Below are positions 40,500-51,835 of a stretch of 64,000 bases of DNA, one piece after another. The position numbers and the translations under genes were made by a program. The notes under the pieces are model-generated. The model saw nothing but the letters and a program-made list of their open reading frames with translations, made no database searches and was not told the origin of the DNA. Source of the DNA: Paraphysomonas bandaiensis (taxonomy: Eukaryota > Protista > Chrysophyceae); the NCBI GenBank assembly GCA_965644295.1, contig CBFFRP010000214.1:1-64000 (forward strand). The letters are read 5' to 3'. The first letter of the stretch is position 1, and each line of letters opens with the position of its first letter.

Positions 40500-40592
40500 G
40501 TACGTCGTAGTGCTGCAGGGGTGTTGATTCTAGTCAACTGCTTGAAGTATGCTGCTAAAGATTGGGTGCAATGGAAGAGCTCTAACGATGCC

Positions 40593-41546
40593 ATGGCCCT
40601 CAGTGTAGGGATTGTTGTTAGGTTGTTGATCTCACTGTGTATTCCTGTTACTTCTGTGTCAAGAGAGGTTACATATGCCTCCATTAAGAGTATTCCGCAG
40701 TTCTCTATGTTCGTATACAGAGATGGTGACGATGTCAGTAAATCTATTCTGTCTGGATATATTTGGAAGAATGAATTCTCTTCTGTTGTGTGTATTGAGT
40801 TTATTTCGTTGCTTCCTGGTGCAACCTTTGTAGATATTGGGGCGCATATTGGATGGTACTCTCTGTTGGCCGCCTCACGTGGAGCTCCTGTAGTGTCAGT
40901 AGAGCCTGTGCTCTCTAGTTTTAATGCTATTTCGCGTAGTATCCTCGTGAATGATTTTGAAGACAGGATTTTATTACGCCATGCACTGGTGAGCTCTATT
41001 AGCGGTGGACATATGCATCTCAGGGATGGTTTCAGAGGAGGACAGTTTAAAGTTCGCCGCGTCGATACTTTTCCTCCGCCACGCACATACACTGTACCGA
41101 TATACACTGTAGATGACCTTGTTTCCTTAAATCATACTGTGGGTATATTGAAAGTCAGTTGTGGGGGTTGTGAAGCAAGCGCGCTGTTTGGTGCTCAGAA
41201 ATTGCTAACAAGCCTCAATCGACCTTGTGTAATACTTCTAGAATGGGTACTTCGTGTTATTGACCGTATTTTAGGGAGGAAAAAAGCATATTTTACCCGG
41301 GATAAAGTAGCTATGTTACTTGTGTCATCTGGGTACAGATTTGTTAGAATCACTTGGTCTACCATTACACGCAGTTACGAATTACACAGCCTTGACCCTC
41401 ACGCGGAAGGATTTTGGCACTATTACGATATGGATATTGTAATTGTACGTGAAAGTGATAGGTGCTTTGCAGCATCCTCTAGTCGATGGATCCGTTTTGT
41501 AAACCAGTTATACAATGCTACAGTATCAAGTATAAACGTTGGTTGA
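40593..41546 (+). CDS. FkbM-family SAM-dependent methyltransferase with N-terminal hydrophobic leader
   Basis: FVDIGAHIGWYSL, VVSVEP, TVDDLV and ILKVSCGGCE..L.GA..LL. First in-frame ATG is at 40593. Confidence 0.8.
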   Translation: MALSVGIVVRLLISLCIPVTSVSREVTYASIKSIPQFSMFVYRDGDDVSKSILSGYIWKNEFSSVVCIEFISLLPGATFVDIGAHIGWYSLLAASRGAPVVSVEPVLSSFNAISRSILVNDFEDRILLRHALVSSISGGHMHLRDGFRGGQFKVRRVDTFPPPRTYTVPIYTVDDLVSLNHTVGILKVSCGGCEASALFGAQKLLTSLNRPCVILLEWVLRVIDRILGRKKAYFTRDKVAMLLVSSGYRFVRITWSTITRSYELHSLDPHAEGFWHYYDMDIVIVRESDRCFAASSSRWIRFVNQLYNATVSSINVG

Positions 41547-41834
41547 TTTTCAGGGTCATGGTTTTAACCCCTTATATAGAATGCGGTGTATCACTTATTA
41601 CTTTGTGTCAGACTATATTGGGGAATGATTATGCAGATGTAATCAACAGATTTGTGATATACTAAATAGTAAAGTCAATTATAAATATTGACTTCAGTAT
41701 ATCATTTAAAAAATACGTTCTATTGTTATAGGATTACGTTTTATGGTGCGAAATGTTTTATCCAGGTATGGCAGCTTAATATCAGCCTTGAACATCGACT
41801 TACCGTATCTGGTGACCTCAGCAAAGCAGGCTTG

Positions 41835-42210
41835 CACTAAAATAAGTGTCAATTGTGTAGACGTCCAGACAAATAAACAGGCATCCGGGAATGAGCCCTG
41901 ACGAATACACAGCAATCCGGGGTATTGGCCTGCCTGCTAAAGTCAAGCATCCGGGCTGTTCACCTTAAGGATTCAGAAATCCTGAAGTCAGCAGGTGTCA
42001 GGTATATCAACATTCTGCATGCTCACGACGTTTGCTTTGAGTGGTAGAGCGAAAGTGGTTGCACCTCTTGGCGCTTGCGGTGACGCACAAGCAGCTCTTG
42101 TAGCGTAAAATAGTAGAATATTATCAGAGTTATTAAGCACTAGTTAGTTAAATTGTAATGTTCAGTTAGTTCTGACTATTAAACGCCTATAGCTAATAAT
42201 AAGACATTCA
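41835..42210 (+). mobile_element. 5'-truncated copy of the short retroelement
   Basis: AAGTCAAGCATCCGGGCTGTTCACCTTAAG..GCTTGCGGTGACGCACAAGCAGC..AAACGCCTATAGCTAATAATAAGAC. Confidence 0.85.
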
Positions 42211-42423
42211 CCACATCACATCATTCACACCACTAAACTTGAATACTTCGAAGCCGTTGAATATATATATGCAATTAGCTTATGCTATTTACTATGTAGT
42301 ATGTACCAGAGCTAGGGAACAATATATATATTGTATTGCAATATATTGATTGGTGGACCGGCCAAATATTCCATCAGTATTGTTTCTGTTAAAATAGCTC
42401 ACAATACTATTGCAATCAATATC

Positions 42424-45400
42424 TGTTGAGAAATGCTCATTTTACACTAGATCACAGAGAGAATTTGTCGTAAGACTAGATAGATTTATTAGTATCGTTT
42501 ACACGAAGTTGTGATAACCAACACTAACTCATTATAATCCCTGCATAATATCCTACATATGCGAACCTCTCGTTACTGAACATATCTTGAAAGGTCAACC
42601 TATTTCAGTTTCTCAATATCATCACAGCATTTGTACATCACTATATTTCACTGTATTCTCGTACATTGTCTTCAAGTGACATACTGAATATACTAGAATA
42701 AGATCCATATTCTAATACTCCCACTCAATGTAGAATGCAGTGAGACAAAACAACAGTGATCACAATAATCTGATAATGCTATGACTATCTAGTCCCATAG
42801 GTAAAAACAGATGTGAAATCTTTTAAAGATACATATATACCCAGCAGTCAACTAGATATACAGTTATGTGGGATTTTCACCCACTAAAACACACCTTTAA
42901 CCTCTTCGGGGTCGTTTCTTCTGCTGCTCCTCCACACTGTTAGACACACTCCTCTTAACCCCGGTAATCGTTTTCTCATGACGACTGAAGATCTTCGTGG
43001 ACAACGCCTTTGTAAAAATATCAGCCGCCATATCATCCGTAGATACATGAATCAATTTTGCTGTAGGAAATTTGCCATTAACATGTTCTCTTATCCAGTG
43101 ATACTTGATGTCAATATGCTTCGACCTCTTATGATACACTGGATTCTCTGAAAGATCCTTTGCACTCTTACTATCCATAAAGAATGGAGTCGGCTTCGTT
43201 ACCAAGAGTCCGAGCTCCTTGAACACCCCCCGAAGCCACACCAGTTCTTGCAAAGCCGCATACTCCGCCATATACTCAGATTCCATGCTCGAAGTCGCAA
43301 CTGTGGTCTGAAGCTTGGACTGCCAGGCCAATGCGCCCGCACATAAAAACACGATGTATCCCGTTGTGGATCGCCGAGTCATCCTATCCCCAGCCCAGTC
43401 TGAATCACTGAATACATGTAAATCAAACTCACTCCCACTGAATCTGATTCCCTTATCAACTGTACCACGTAAATATTTCAACAAATGAATAGCTAATCTG
43501 CAAGTCGCATATGTTGGAGAAGTACTAAATCGAGCCAATAACCCCACAGCGTAAGCCAGATCAGGTCTAATGTGAATCGCCAAATGCAACACCGCTCCAA
43601 TAATTCCTCTATACGGAAATGATTCGACCCACTGCTTCTGCTCCTCCGTCAGCTCACGTTGCTCTGCCAACAAGTCCTGAACATTGGTAGGTAGTGGAGT
43701 CTCCTTATTCTTACTGCTCTTTCCCATAAACGAACTGAATTTCTTGACAATATTCTTGGCATATTCCGATTGATCTAACATGTACCAGTCCTCGCCTCTC
43801 GTGATTCTGATATTCAGAAACCGTTTGCACACACCCAGATCATGCATTTCAAACGTTTCGCAGAACCTACGTTTAACACTTTCTAAGTAGGTGAGATCAG
43901 CAGATGCAATGATAATATCATCAACATATATCAGCAATAAGTGCAATTGACCATTACTCCATCGCATATACAAGCATGTATCTGAAATGCAAGCAGTAAA
44001 ATGTAACGATTTGATAAACTTGTCAATATGCTTGTTCCACTGCCTCGGTGATGACCGCAAACCATATAAGGCCTTGATCAATTGAAAACACCACCCCGCT
44101 GGCAACTCTTCATCAGGTGGAGGTGCCATATACACATCCTCTTCAAGATCGGCATAACAAAACGCTGATGATACGTCCAACTGATGTACATGCATATGAA
44201 ACATAAAGGCAATTGCAAGAACCAGTCGAATGGTTTTTCCTTTGACCACTGGAGCAAACGTGGACTGCTCCTCCTCCGTTTTTTCTTGTAGATTCCCTAA
44301 TGCAACCAGCCGCGCCTTATACTTGACTACGTTCCCCAGAAGGTCTCTCTTCACCGTGTGAACATACTTTGCTCGCACCAACTTCACTCCTCGTGGAGTC
44401 CGCACAATCTTTAAGACACGTCTCTTCAGTAGTGAGGTCTTCTCCACCTTCCGAGCTTCTCTCCACTTCATGTACTGTGGAGATCTCTCTGCTTCAGCAT
44501 AGGAGTCTGGTGTCTTAAAATCATCATGTTGAAACTCTGCATGTTTAAAGTTAACAGTGCATGCATCTGGCACCTCAACCATATTTATTTCTCCTAACAC
44601 CGATGCGTTCGCCAACCTACGCTGTAGCCGTTTCCGCCGTACACGACCATCACCATCTAGTTCAATAGGTCGTCTAGTAGTTATATACGAACCCATACCT
44701 TGCTCATCCTGAGCCCGCAAATCTTGCGGTGTAGGAGGAGCCCCGCTCGCATCCCCAGACCCATGGTCTGTCGAGGTCTGCAACCTCACGACTGTCTGTT
44801 GACAGGTTGGGTCAGGACTCTCCTGGAACCCTCCAGGTCTTCCCTGGTCCAGCTCCCTGGCTGGCGTAGTACTCAGGGCGTCCCCCTTTCCTATGTACCC
44901 GGTATTCCCGGGGGTTTCTGCAGTCATACGCACCACGTCTTCGACGTGTATAGGCACCCGGTGCTCTATATGCTCACGACCTGCAGTAACAAGTGAACGG
45001 TATGCTACAATCACACCCTTACGTTCTACAACTCTTGTTGTCTTATACAGAAGTCCGTCCTCATCATCAATATGATACGTTCCTTCTAAGCTGGCATAGT
45101 CGGATGCAAGCTTGGGTCTAGCGGCCTCCCGCACTCGAAGAGCATCAATCTCTGCGAAGTACTTCTCTGATCGTGATGGCGTTGACTCATCAGTCAATAT
45201 ATGGACTGTAGTCACCACCTTGTTTGATTCAGGAAGATATACATGGTATCCTACCTTCTCATCAGAGTAACCCATTAAATATCCAACTAGAGCCTTATCC
45301 TCCCAATCCTTTCGTCGATCCGCCTTCGGTGAAAGAACATAAGTTCGACACCCCCATACCCTAAGATATCTCAAATTTGGAGGCTCGCCCGTTAGAAACT

Positions 45401-47931
45401 CTATAGGAGACATATACCCTTTATCTGTTTTCGTTGGCAATCGAATCAAAATATATCTGGCTGCCATGTATGCATCCAGCCAAAATTGCGGTGGCAGTCC
45501 AGATTGGATTAGCATTGCAAGAGTCATCTCTCCAGCAGTTCTGAACTTCCTCTCCTCTATGGCATTCATTTCTGGAGAGTCTGTTGAGCTCCATGTATGT
45601 TGATAGCACTCCTGTGTCCTAAGATACTGACGCAGCTCTTCACTGATTAATTCTCCTGCACCATCGGCATGATAGTGCTCCATCTTGAGCTTGTACCTTT
45701 TAACATCTCCTCTAAATAGCTCTTTGAAGACTTCTAAGACCGCTTCCCCAGTTCTGTGGACTAAACCCGTCGCCCAGAACATTTTGCTGGCATGATGCGT
45801 TATCTTTAACACATACCTCTCACCTCCTCTAGCAGGACAATTTAAGTACACAGCGATATCTGCTGAAAAATTCGGTCTAACGGAATTCTCGTCCTTCGTT
45901 CGGAAGCTGACTCGGGTTATCTTAGACCTGGCACACACATCACACAAACACTGATTTTTGTGTACCTTGGCTGTGAGGTGTTTTCGTTTCAACCCCGTAC
46001 CCATGATGAGCATCCGCTTATGTGCCTCCACTAATGCATGTTTGTTGAAATGACCCGCTCTCCGATGCAGCAACTCCAGCTCGTCCTCACCAGTCCTATC
46101 ACTAAGATTTACTTCACAATTACTCGGTGTAGACACATCTGGAAGCTCCAACAGCTGCTGAGTTGGAACTGCAGTCATTCCATTCTTCATGGGTCCCTCC
46201 AGTACCAGCTCACCGGTATTACAGTCATAAATTTGGATCCCATACCACACCGTGAATCGATAGCCCATTTCGTTCAGCTTACGTCCGGAGCACAGGCATC
46301 GATTGATCTGATCTGAAATTTCTATGTCTCTCCATGCTCCACGGGAACCCACACTTGTGATATGAATCTCTGATCCCTTCTTAGATCCGTTTATCACCTT
46401 TGATGTATTCATATGAGTGTCAAGCATGGTCACATCATTCATCAAGAACATTGATGATGAACAGCAGGTGTCAATATATGTATAATGCATGTCATCATTT
46501 ACACTACATATATTCGTTTCATGTATATTGCATGACAATTTCATAACATCCTCGATCATATTAGCTTCATCTTCATCAGAGAAATCTGCTGGTTCTCCAC
46601 GCCGTATATTCTCTACTGTCAGCAGCCTTTTGTCCGGCTTCCTACCATGATTCTTCCCTTTCTCTCCTCTTCTAGAATGCTTTTTCTTCGTCGTTGGACA
46701 ATCAGCAGCAAGATGTTCCAGAGACTTGCAATTTCTGCATCCCGTGTACTCAGCACTTCCAGGACGCTGCCCTGATATCTCTCCATCCTTCTTCCTCTGC
46801 TTCCTCCTGCACTGTTCAGTTGAATGGCTATGAGGAATTCCTTCTTTCCTGCAATATCTACAGTTGCCCTTCTTACGCTTATCCCGTTCCGTTCGAGACC
46901 GTTTGCTCTTTTCAATGAAATTCAGCTCCTCCACCTTCTTGCGTTTCCGCTCTAACGCAATCCTTCCAGGAATGGTATCATCATACCGTTCTATCTTCCT
47001 TGATAATGTTGCATAATCAACATCATCAGGCATCAAATACAAAGCAACATTCAGAGGAGCATATTCTTCATTCAACAGACCTTCTCGTAACCGTGTTATT
47101 TTTGAGAGCTCCGATATGTCCTGCTGCTGCTCCTGTAGCTCTTTCAGCAGTATTTCAAACCGTATTATATAGTCCTTCGCAGTCTCCTCCGGACGCATAC
47201 GGAAAGAGCCATACTGAGTCAACAGTTCACTGATCTTGTTTTGCTTCCCTCCAGCAAAGCACTTCTTCAACTCATCAATCATAATATGCGCCTTAAACCT
47301 GTTGCTTCCTTTTCCATCAGCCTTGAACCCTTTATGTAGAAGATGGAATTTCTGAAGCGCCTTCGAAGATGTTTGCACTGCCTCTCTGCAGTACGAATAC
47401 GCTATGGCATTCGCCTTCCAGTACTTCTTCACAGCCTGTCTGTAAGACTTCTCCTCCATTAACGTGAGTGGCTGTTCCCCAAAGTCGCTTTCCTTCGGTG
47501 GTGGCTCCACCGCTACTTCACTTTGCTCTTTCCTCATGAGGAATGTTTCGAAGTCCTCAATCCATTGTTCAACATTGCTCTCATTAAACTGTGGCACTAC
47601 TCCTCTATCCTCCTTCTCTCCTCCTCGCTCGCTACCATGTTGAGAAATGCGCATTTTACACTAGATCACAGAGAGAATTTGTCGTAAGACTAGATAGATT
47701 TATTAGTATCGTTTACACGAAGTTGTGATAATCAACACTAACTCATTATAATCCCTGCATAATATCCTACATATGCGAACCTCTCGTTACTGAACATATC
47801 TTGAAAGGTCAACCTATTTCAGTTTCTCAATATCATCACAGCATTTGTACATCACTATATTTCACTGTATTCTCGTACATTGTCTTCAAGTGACATACTG
47901 AATATACTAGAATAAGATCCATATTCTAATA
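42424..47931 (-). mobile_element. Full-length Ty1/Copia LTR retrotransposon
   Basis: 294-bp LTRs at 42424-42717 and 47638-47931 (2 differences seen), 5-bp TSD ATATC, PBS TGGTAGCGAGC right after the 5' LTR, and polypurine tract GAGTGGGAG before the 3' LTR. Confidence 0.97.
42897..47654 (-). CDS. Copia gag-pol polyprotein (1585 aa, uninterrupted)
   Basis: Domain order is Zn knuckle (CRNCKSLEHLAADC), protease (YIDTCCS), integrase (HRRAGH..CDVC, HADGAGE, PEMNAIEER), RT (KARLVA, QLDVSSAF, LYGLRSSPRQW, YVDD) and RNase H (SDSDWAGD, RSKHIDIKYH). Confidence 0.97.
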   Translation of the reverse strand: MRISQHGSERGGEKEDRGVVPQFNESNVEQWIEDFETFLMRKEQSEVAVEPPPKESDFGEQPLTLMEEKSYRQAVKKYWKANAIAYSYCREAVQTSSKALQKFHLLHKGFKADGKGSNRFKAHIMIDELKKCFAGGKQNKISELLTQYGSFRMRPEETAKDYIIRFEILLKELQEQQQDISELSKITRLREGLLNEEYAPLNVALYLMPDDVDYATLSRKIERYDDTIPGRIALERKRKKVEELNFIEKSKRSRTERDKRKKGNCRYCRKEGIPHSHSTEQCRRKQRKKDGEISGQRPGSAEYTGCRNCKSLEHLAADCPTTKKKHSRRGEKGKNHGRKPDKRLLTVENIRRGEPADFSDEDEANMIEDVMKLSCNIHETNICSVNDDMHYTYIDTCCSSSMFLMNDVTMLDTHMNTSKVINGSKKGSEIHITSVGSRGAWRDIEISDQINRCLCSGRKLNEMGYRFTVWYGIQIYDCNTGELVLEGPMKNGMTAVPTQQLLELPDVSTPSNCEVNLSDRTGEDELELLHRRAGHFNKHALVEAHKRMLIMGTGLKRKHLTAKVHKNQCLCDVCARSKITRVSFRTKDENSVRPNFSADIAVYLNCPARGGERYVLKITHHASKMFWATGLVHRTGEAVLEVFKELFRGDVKRYKLKMEHYHADGAGELISEELRQYLRTQECYQHTWSSTDSPEMNAIEERKFRTAGEMTLAMLIQSGLPPQFWLDAYMAARYILIRLPTKTDKGYMSPIEFLTGEPPNLRYLRVWGCRTYVLSPKADRRKDWEDKALVGYLMGYSDEKVGYHVYLPESNKVVTTVHILTDESTPSRSEKYFAEIDALRVREAARPKLASDYASLEGTYHIDDEDGLLYKTTRVVERKGVIVAYRSLVTAGREHIEHRVPIHVEDVVRMTAETPGNTGYIGKGDALSTTPARELDQGRPGGFQESPDPTCQQTVVRLQTSTDHGSGDASGAPPTPQDLRAQDEQGMGSYITTRRPIELDGDGRVRRKRLQRRLANASVLGEINMVEVPDACTVNFKHAEFQHDDFKTPDSYAEAERSPQYMKWREARKVEKTSLLKRRVLKIVRTPRGVKLVRAKYVHTVKRDLLGNVVKYKARLVALGNLQEKTEEEQSTFAPVVKGKTIRLVLAIAFMFHMHVHQLDVSSAFCYADLEEDVYMAPPPDEELPAGWCFQLIKALYGLRSSPRQWNKHIDKFIKSLHFTACISDTCLYMRWSNGQLHLLLIYVDDIIIASADLTYLESVKRRFCETFEMHDLGVCKRFLNIRITRGEDWYMLDQSEYAKNIVKKFSSFMGKSSKNKETPLPTNVQDLLAEQRELTEEQKQWVESFPYRGIIGAVLHLAIHIRPDLAYAVGLLARFSTSPTYATCRLAIHLLKYLRGTVDKGIRFSGSEFDLHVFSDSDWAGDRMTRRSTTGYIVFLCAGALAWQSKLQTTVATSSMESEYMAEYAALQELVWLRGVFKELGLLVTKPTPFFMDSKSAKDLSENPVYHKRSKHIDIKYHWIREHVNGKFPTAKLIHVSTDDMAADIFTKALSTKIFSRHEKTITGVKRSVSNSVEEQQKKRPRRG

Positions 47932-48223
47932 ATATCATGATATGTAGGAAGTCTTCGCTTGCCAGCGTAGTGGGTTTGGTTAATATTTGAACTTAATGAC
48001 GGGTACTTAATAAGGAATCTACGCATGAGTTTATTTGCTGAATAATGATACTAATATATTGTTCCCTAGCCCTGATATGTACTATGTATGTATCACAACG
48101 ATTGTTGTCGAGGTGCTCAGGTAAAGTGTACACTCACCCTACTTATACTACAACGCAATTATAATTAATAATGATAATATAGTGTCTGTGCACATGTATC
48201 CTAGTTCGATAATGATTACAAAG

Positions 48224-50330
48224 CTACGAAGAGGTAAGATGTACAACAAATTCATCTGCACATTGTCGAAATTTATAGTTCCTGTCACCTTTATATTCTT
48301 CCATGAGATCATACACTGCATTTATCGTATCTTCTTGTGATCGTATACTCTTCCAATTATTGGCAGCGTAATTATTACTTGTGTACTCTTGAAGAATGAA
48401 CTGCTTCAATATCTCGGAGTATTTGATGTGTATGGCAACTTCATACGTCAGAGTTGAACTTGGCATGCAAACCAAGTTCAGATATAACCTCAACAATATC
48501 CTCTACATAAGTATACGGTTCATCCATTCGGCCTGAAACACGATAGTAGAACCCCGCAATTGATCCGATGGCCAGTACAAGCGTGGATTTTCCATGCGGC
48601 TTTCAAACACTAAACATACACCAAATTATATACTGAAATCGTCTATGCCGTAGAGTCCATGGATATTGGTAACGGTGTCATACGAACATGATAAAATACC
48701 CCTGAATCAAGTATTATGGCAGATAATTCGAAAACGTTCCTCGGTACGGTAGGAGGATACAGTGAACTAAGTCGACTACGTAATACTTCAACTGCAATGA
48801 CATTTGTCTACGCTGCTGTATCCCACGTTTACGTCTGTCACGCAAAACGATACCGGCGAGTGCTTGTATCCACCTCCCAGTGCCGCAGCATATATCTAAC
48901 ACCTTGACGTAACCAAATGTGTCACTTGTTGCCTCATTCCACCAGCGAAAAGGCCGTGTAGCTGACGCTAGTTCTCGATAGTCACTCACTACGTTATCCA
49001 TATCAGGTGATAAAATACCAAGATGTTTCCGCGGAAATACAGAATTTTTACTAACAAAGTGCCCCTGTGAGGAAGAGAGAAAGCAGCAGAGAGAATGTTT
49101 TCTACAACTCCATGGTCAATAGTGCTGTACACTGTACCAGGGGAGAGAATTGCCATTCGTATCTAAAGCTCCCCAGAAAGACCACTGATAGATGTCATAA
49201 GTCATAGAAAAACCTTATCTCTGACATGGATTAAATATAGAAACGAGGCATTAAGTGCGTCAAGTTTAGATCCACTCCGTTCTATGGCACACGTCTTCTA
49301 GTTAAACCCACACTGGGCAGGAGTCTAAACGTAAATATACTGAGAGTGGGTAGACGGACCACTAACGGTATAGATAGAACGACTAGATGCTTCTCTTTGA
49401 ATATCATCTGCCGCCCATATAGCGAAGTCTAGTGCCTTCTGCAGTGAAACTCTGACAGAACCCACACAAGCAAGCGTAATGGAAACCACATCTTGAGGCC
49501 TCTATAATCTCGTGTCAGTTTCAGTCCCATATTCAATACATCATCTGGTTAGGTAGATTCCTCAACAGGGTTATATATACAGGCACAGTCGGCGCTACGT
49601 GCTCTTTGCAAAGTACTTCTTTCGCGAATGAGTAGTGCACCTACCCCGTAAGGCACGAACAGTAATAGAGTGCGTCAGATAAGCCATGTAATATTCGTTT
49701 ACCTGAAGGTGATAGTGCAAAACGCCCCCATAGGCCGCATCCACATGCATCCAAATGGCGTACGTGGCACACACTTCATGTATTGCTTCCAAATTATCCA
49801 CAGAACCTGTGTCCGATGTTCCAGCAATTGCAGCTACAACCGCCGGAATGTACCCGTCAGATATATCTTAGAAATATACTCTTCCTGTACACTCGGGTCA
49901 ATGCATAGGCCCTATGATCGTACATTTTTCGGATTCAGTACGATGAACGCAAACCCTTTGGTGACGTAATAGTGAGTCTGTTCCGATACATACACAGTCA
50001 TTCACGGTATATCTTCAAACTTTCCGCATGATTCTCTAGCAGAATGAAGTGCTAGAGTGACAGAGTTCCGTCAGAAGTGAGAATACCACACAGTTTCATG
50101 ACTCAGGATAACCCGCAATGTCTTGGCACATCTAATGCATTCTTATTCGATACTCGCTAACGAAGGCGCTGCAGAATGAATCGTCGCGTATCGATTACAC
50201 GCGGCAGATATATATATGCCATCTGAAGGACTGTAAGCCACATACCCGGCAGGCTGGTCGTTCGTAGAGTGATGAATCACCTTGTCCCAAAGCACTTAAA
50301 AGTGAACTCAATGAAATTCCACTCTCATCA
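48224..50330 (-). pseudogene. Group II PLP-dependent decarboxylase followed by a class I SAM-methyltransferase domain, disrupted
   Basis: AAPSLASIE*ECIR (in-frame stop), GILTSDG, VYVSEQTHY, IAGTSDTGSVDNLEAIHEVC..WMHVDAAYGG, and downstream VLDICCGTGRW. Several frameshifts are not explained by introns. Confidence 0.8.
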
Positions 50331-50864
50331 ATTCGGAGAGGGAGCGTTTCTACTGGAGAGGTATCGGCACCGCACTCAGCAATGGCGATTTCCCTATAGG
50401 TGCTTCCGCTGTTCAGTGCACTCCGCTCCCTGCCAGAGGAGCCCTCTCTAGAACGGTATCTACCAGCTTAGCAGCCCCAGCAGATAGTCGCATCTTCCTT
50501 CTGGAAGGATGGAAAGCAAAAGACATGGACATGGATGTGTGGGAAGGATTCGATGAGAGTTGAAAGATTCGCTTGATGATGACGACGACACTTTGAATGT
50601 GCCCCTCTGGCTGTATACGGTATACAGTCGTAGTGGTGTACTCCGCGTATATGCAGTACGGATAGACCGGTATTTTGTTGAGCTGGAAACTCTAATTTCA
50701 TCCCCTATATGGGATATAATATACAGGGAACACACCACTGGTTGTGTGCATGTGGTGGTGTGCGTGTATTTCTATAGTATATGCAGCTATATCGTGTATG
50801 CATTGACGTTGTCATTGTTGCATGTTATCCAGACAAGCGCGTAACTCAATAGTAATTATTAAAT

Positions 50865-51095
50865 ATGATGATGCAAGGAATGAGAAGAGCTGCACGGATG
50901 GTGCATTCTAGAGGCTTCAAAAGCTTCGCAGAGAGGCAGAAGGAGTACAAGGTTGACCACCAATATGTATTTCTGCGCAAGCCCCAACAGGACGATATGA
51001 TTTTCATCGGAAATGTAGTTTTCTCTGCATTGATATTCGGAAATGTTGTATATGGCTATTACAACATGCTCAATGGAGTCAAGGTCGAGAATTAG
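50865..51095 (+). CDS. Small mitochondrial membrane protein, cytochrome c oxidase subunit VIIa-like
   Basis: Arg-rich presequence MRRAARMVHSRGF, then ERQKEYK..YVFLRK..DD resembling COX7a QKxFQ..VHLKG..D, followed by a single TM helix. Confidence 0.6.
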   Translation: MMMQGMRRAARMVHSRGFKSFAERQKEYKVDHQYVFLRKPQQDDMIFIGNVVFSALIFGNVVYGYYNMLNGVKVEN

Positions 51096-51667
51096 CTGAT
51101 CGTCGAGTCCCACACCTGTTTTTGCCGACCGTTTCTTCGCCAAGAGTTTTAGGCTATCGTTCATGCTCGAAGAGTGTAATAATTAAAACAATATATACTG
51201 TGTGAACGACTGTTCTCGTATAGTTTGATATTGGAATTTCAGTTTGGCTTAGACACTTTGAGTACATTTATTCTAAAGGTTCCACAGCTAGTGTGTACTT
51301 TTTGTTACTCGCGCTTAAATTGCGTCGCACACGTAATATCTACTGTCCTATTTTGTTTTTTAAAGAGAAATTTCTAGCTCCTACCGCTGTAGTATATGAC
51401 TATAATTTATTCTAAGAAAGGTAAAAAAGAGTTGGACGGAATCGTCCCTACGAGCGCCATGCCTGCTATGCAGCTATGCAGTGACTTGACCTTGTACTTC
51501 ATACTAACACCAGCTTTATAATTACCTATAGGTACTATTCTTATTTTTTTTCAAAAATGTGTTGCGTAACCTGATTTGGGTTCGACAGAAAATCAACCTT
51601 CAATGGAATAAAAATTACTTTCACGGATTGCAATATTGACATTCCTTTTGATATTTATCTTAAGTAT

Positions 51668-51835
51668 ATGATTGTATACTATATAGTGTTACTAAGTTGT
51701 TACTAAGTGTGAATAGAAGTAAGTGTTACTAAGTGTCGAAAGGTTATGTAAGTAAATATAATGTAATAATGATTGTATACTATATAGTGTTACTAAGTTG
51801 TTACTAAGTGTGAATAGAAGTAAGTGTTACTAAGT
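51668..51835. repeat. Direct duplication of ~67 bp built from TGTTACTAAGT units
   Basis: ATGATTGTATACTATATAGTGTTACTAAG...GTTACTAAGT at ~51668 and ~51769. Confidence 0.85.

Larger units (their letters stand above)
42307..48074. mobile_element. hAT-type MITE split by the Copia insertion
   Basis: TIRs CAGAGCTAGGGAACAATATAT / ATATTGTTCCCTAGCCCTG. The 8-bp flanks GTATGTAC and ATATGTAC match 7/8. Related copies lie at 59732 and 60533-60699. Confidence 0.8.

Noticed and set aside
40132-41107. ORFs with MYVC repeats
   Set aside because: Translations of the (TACA)n microsatellite and antisense of the methyltransferase.
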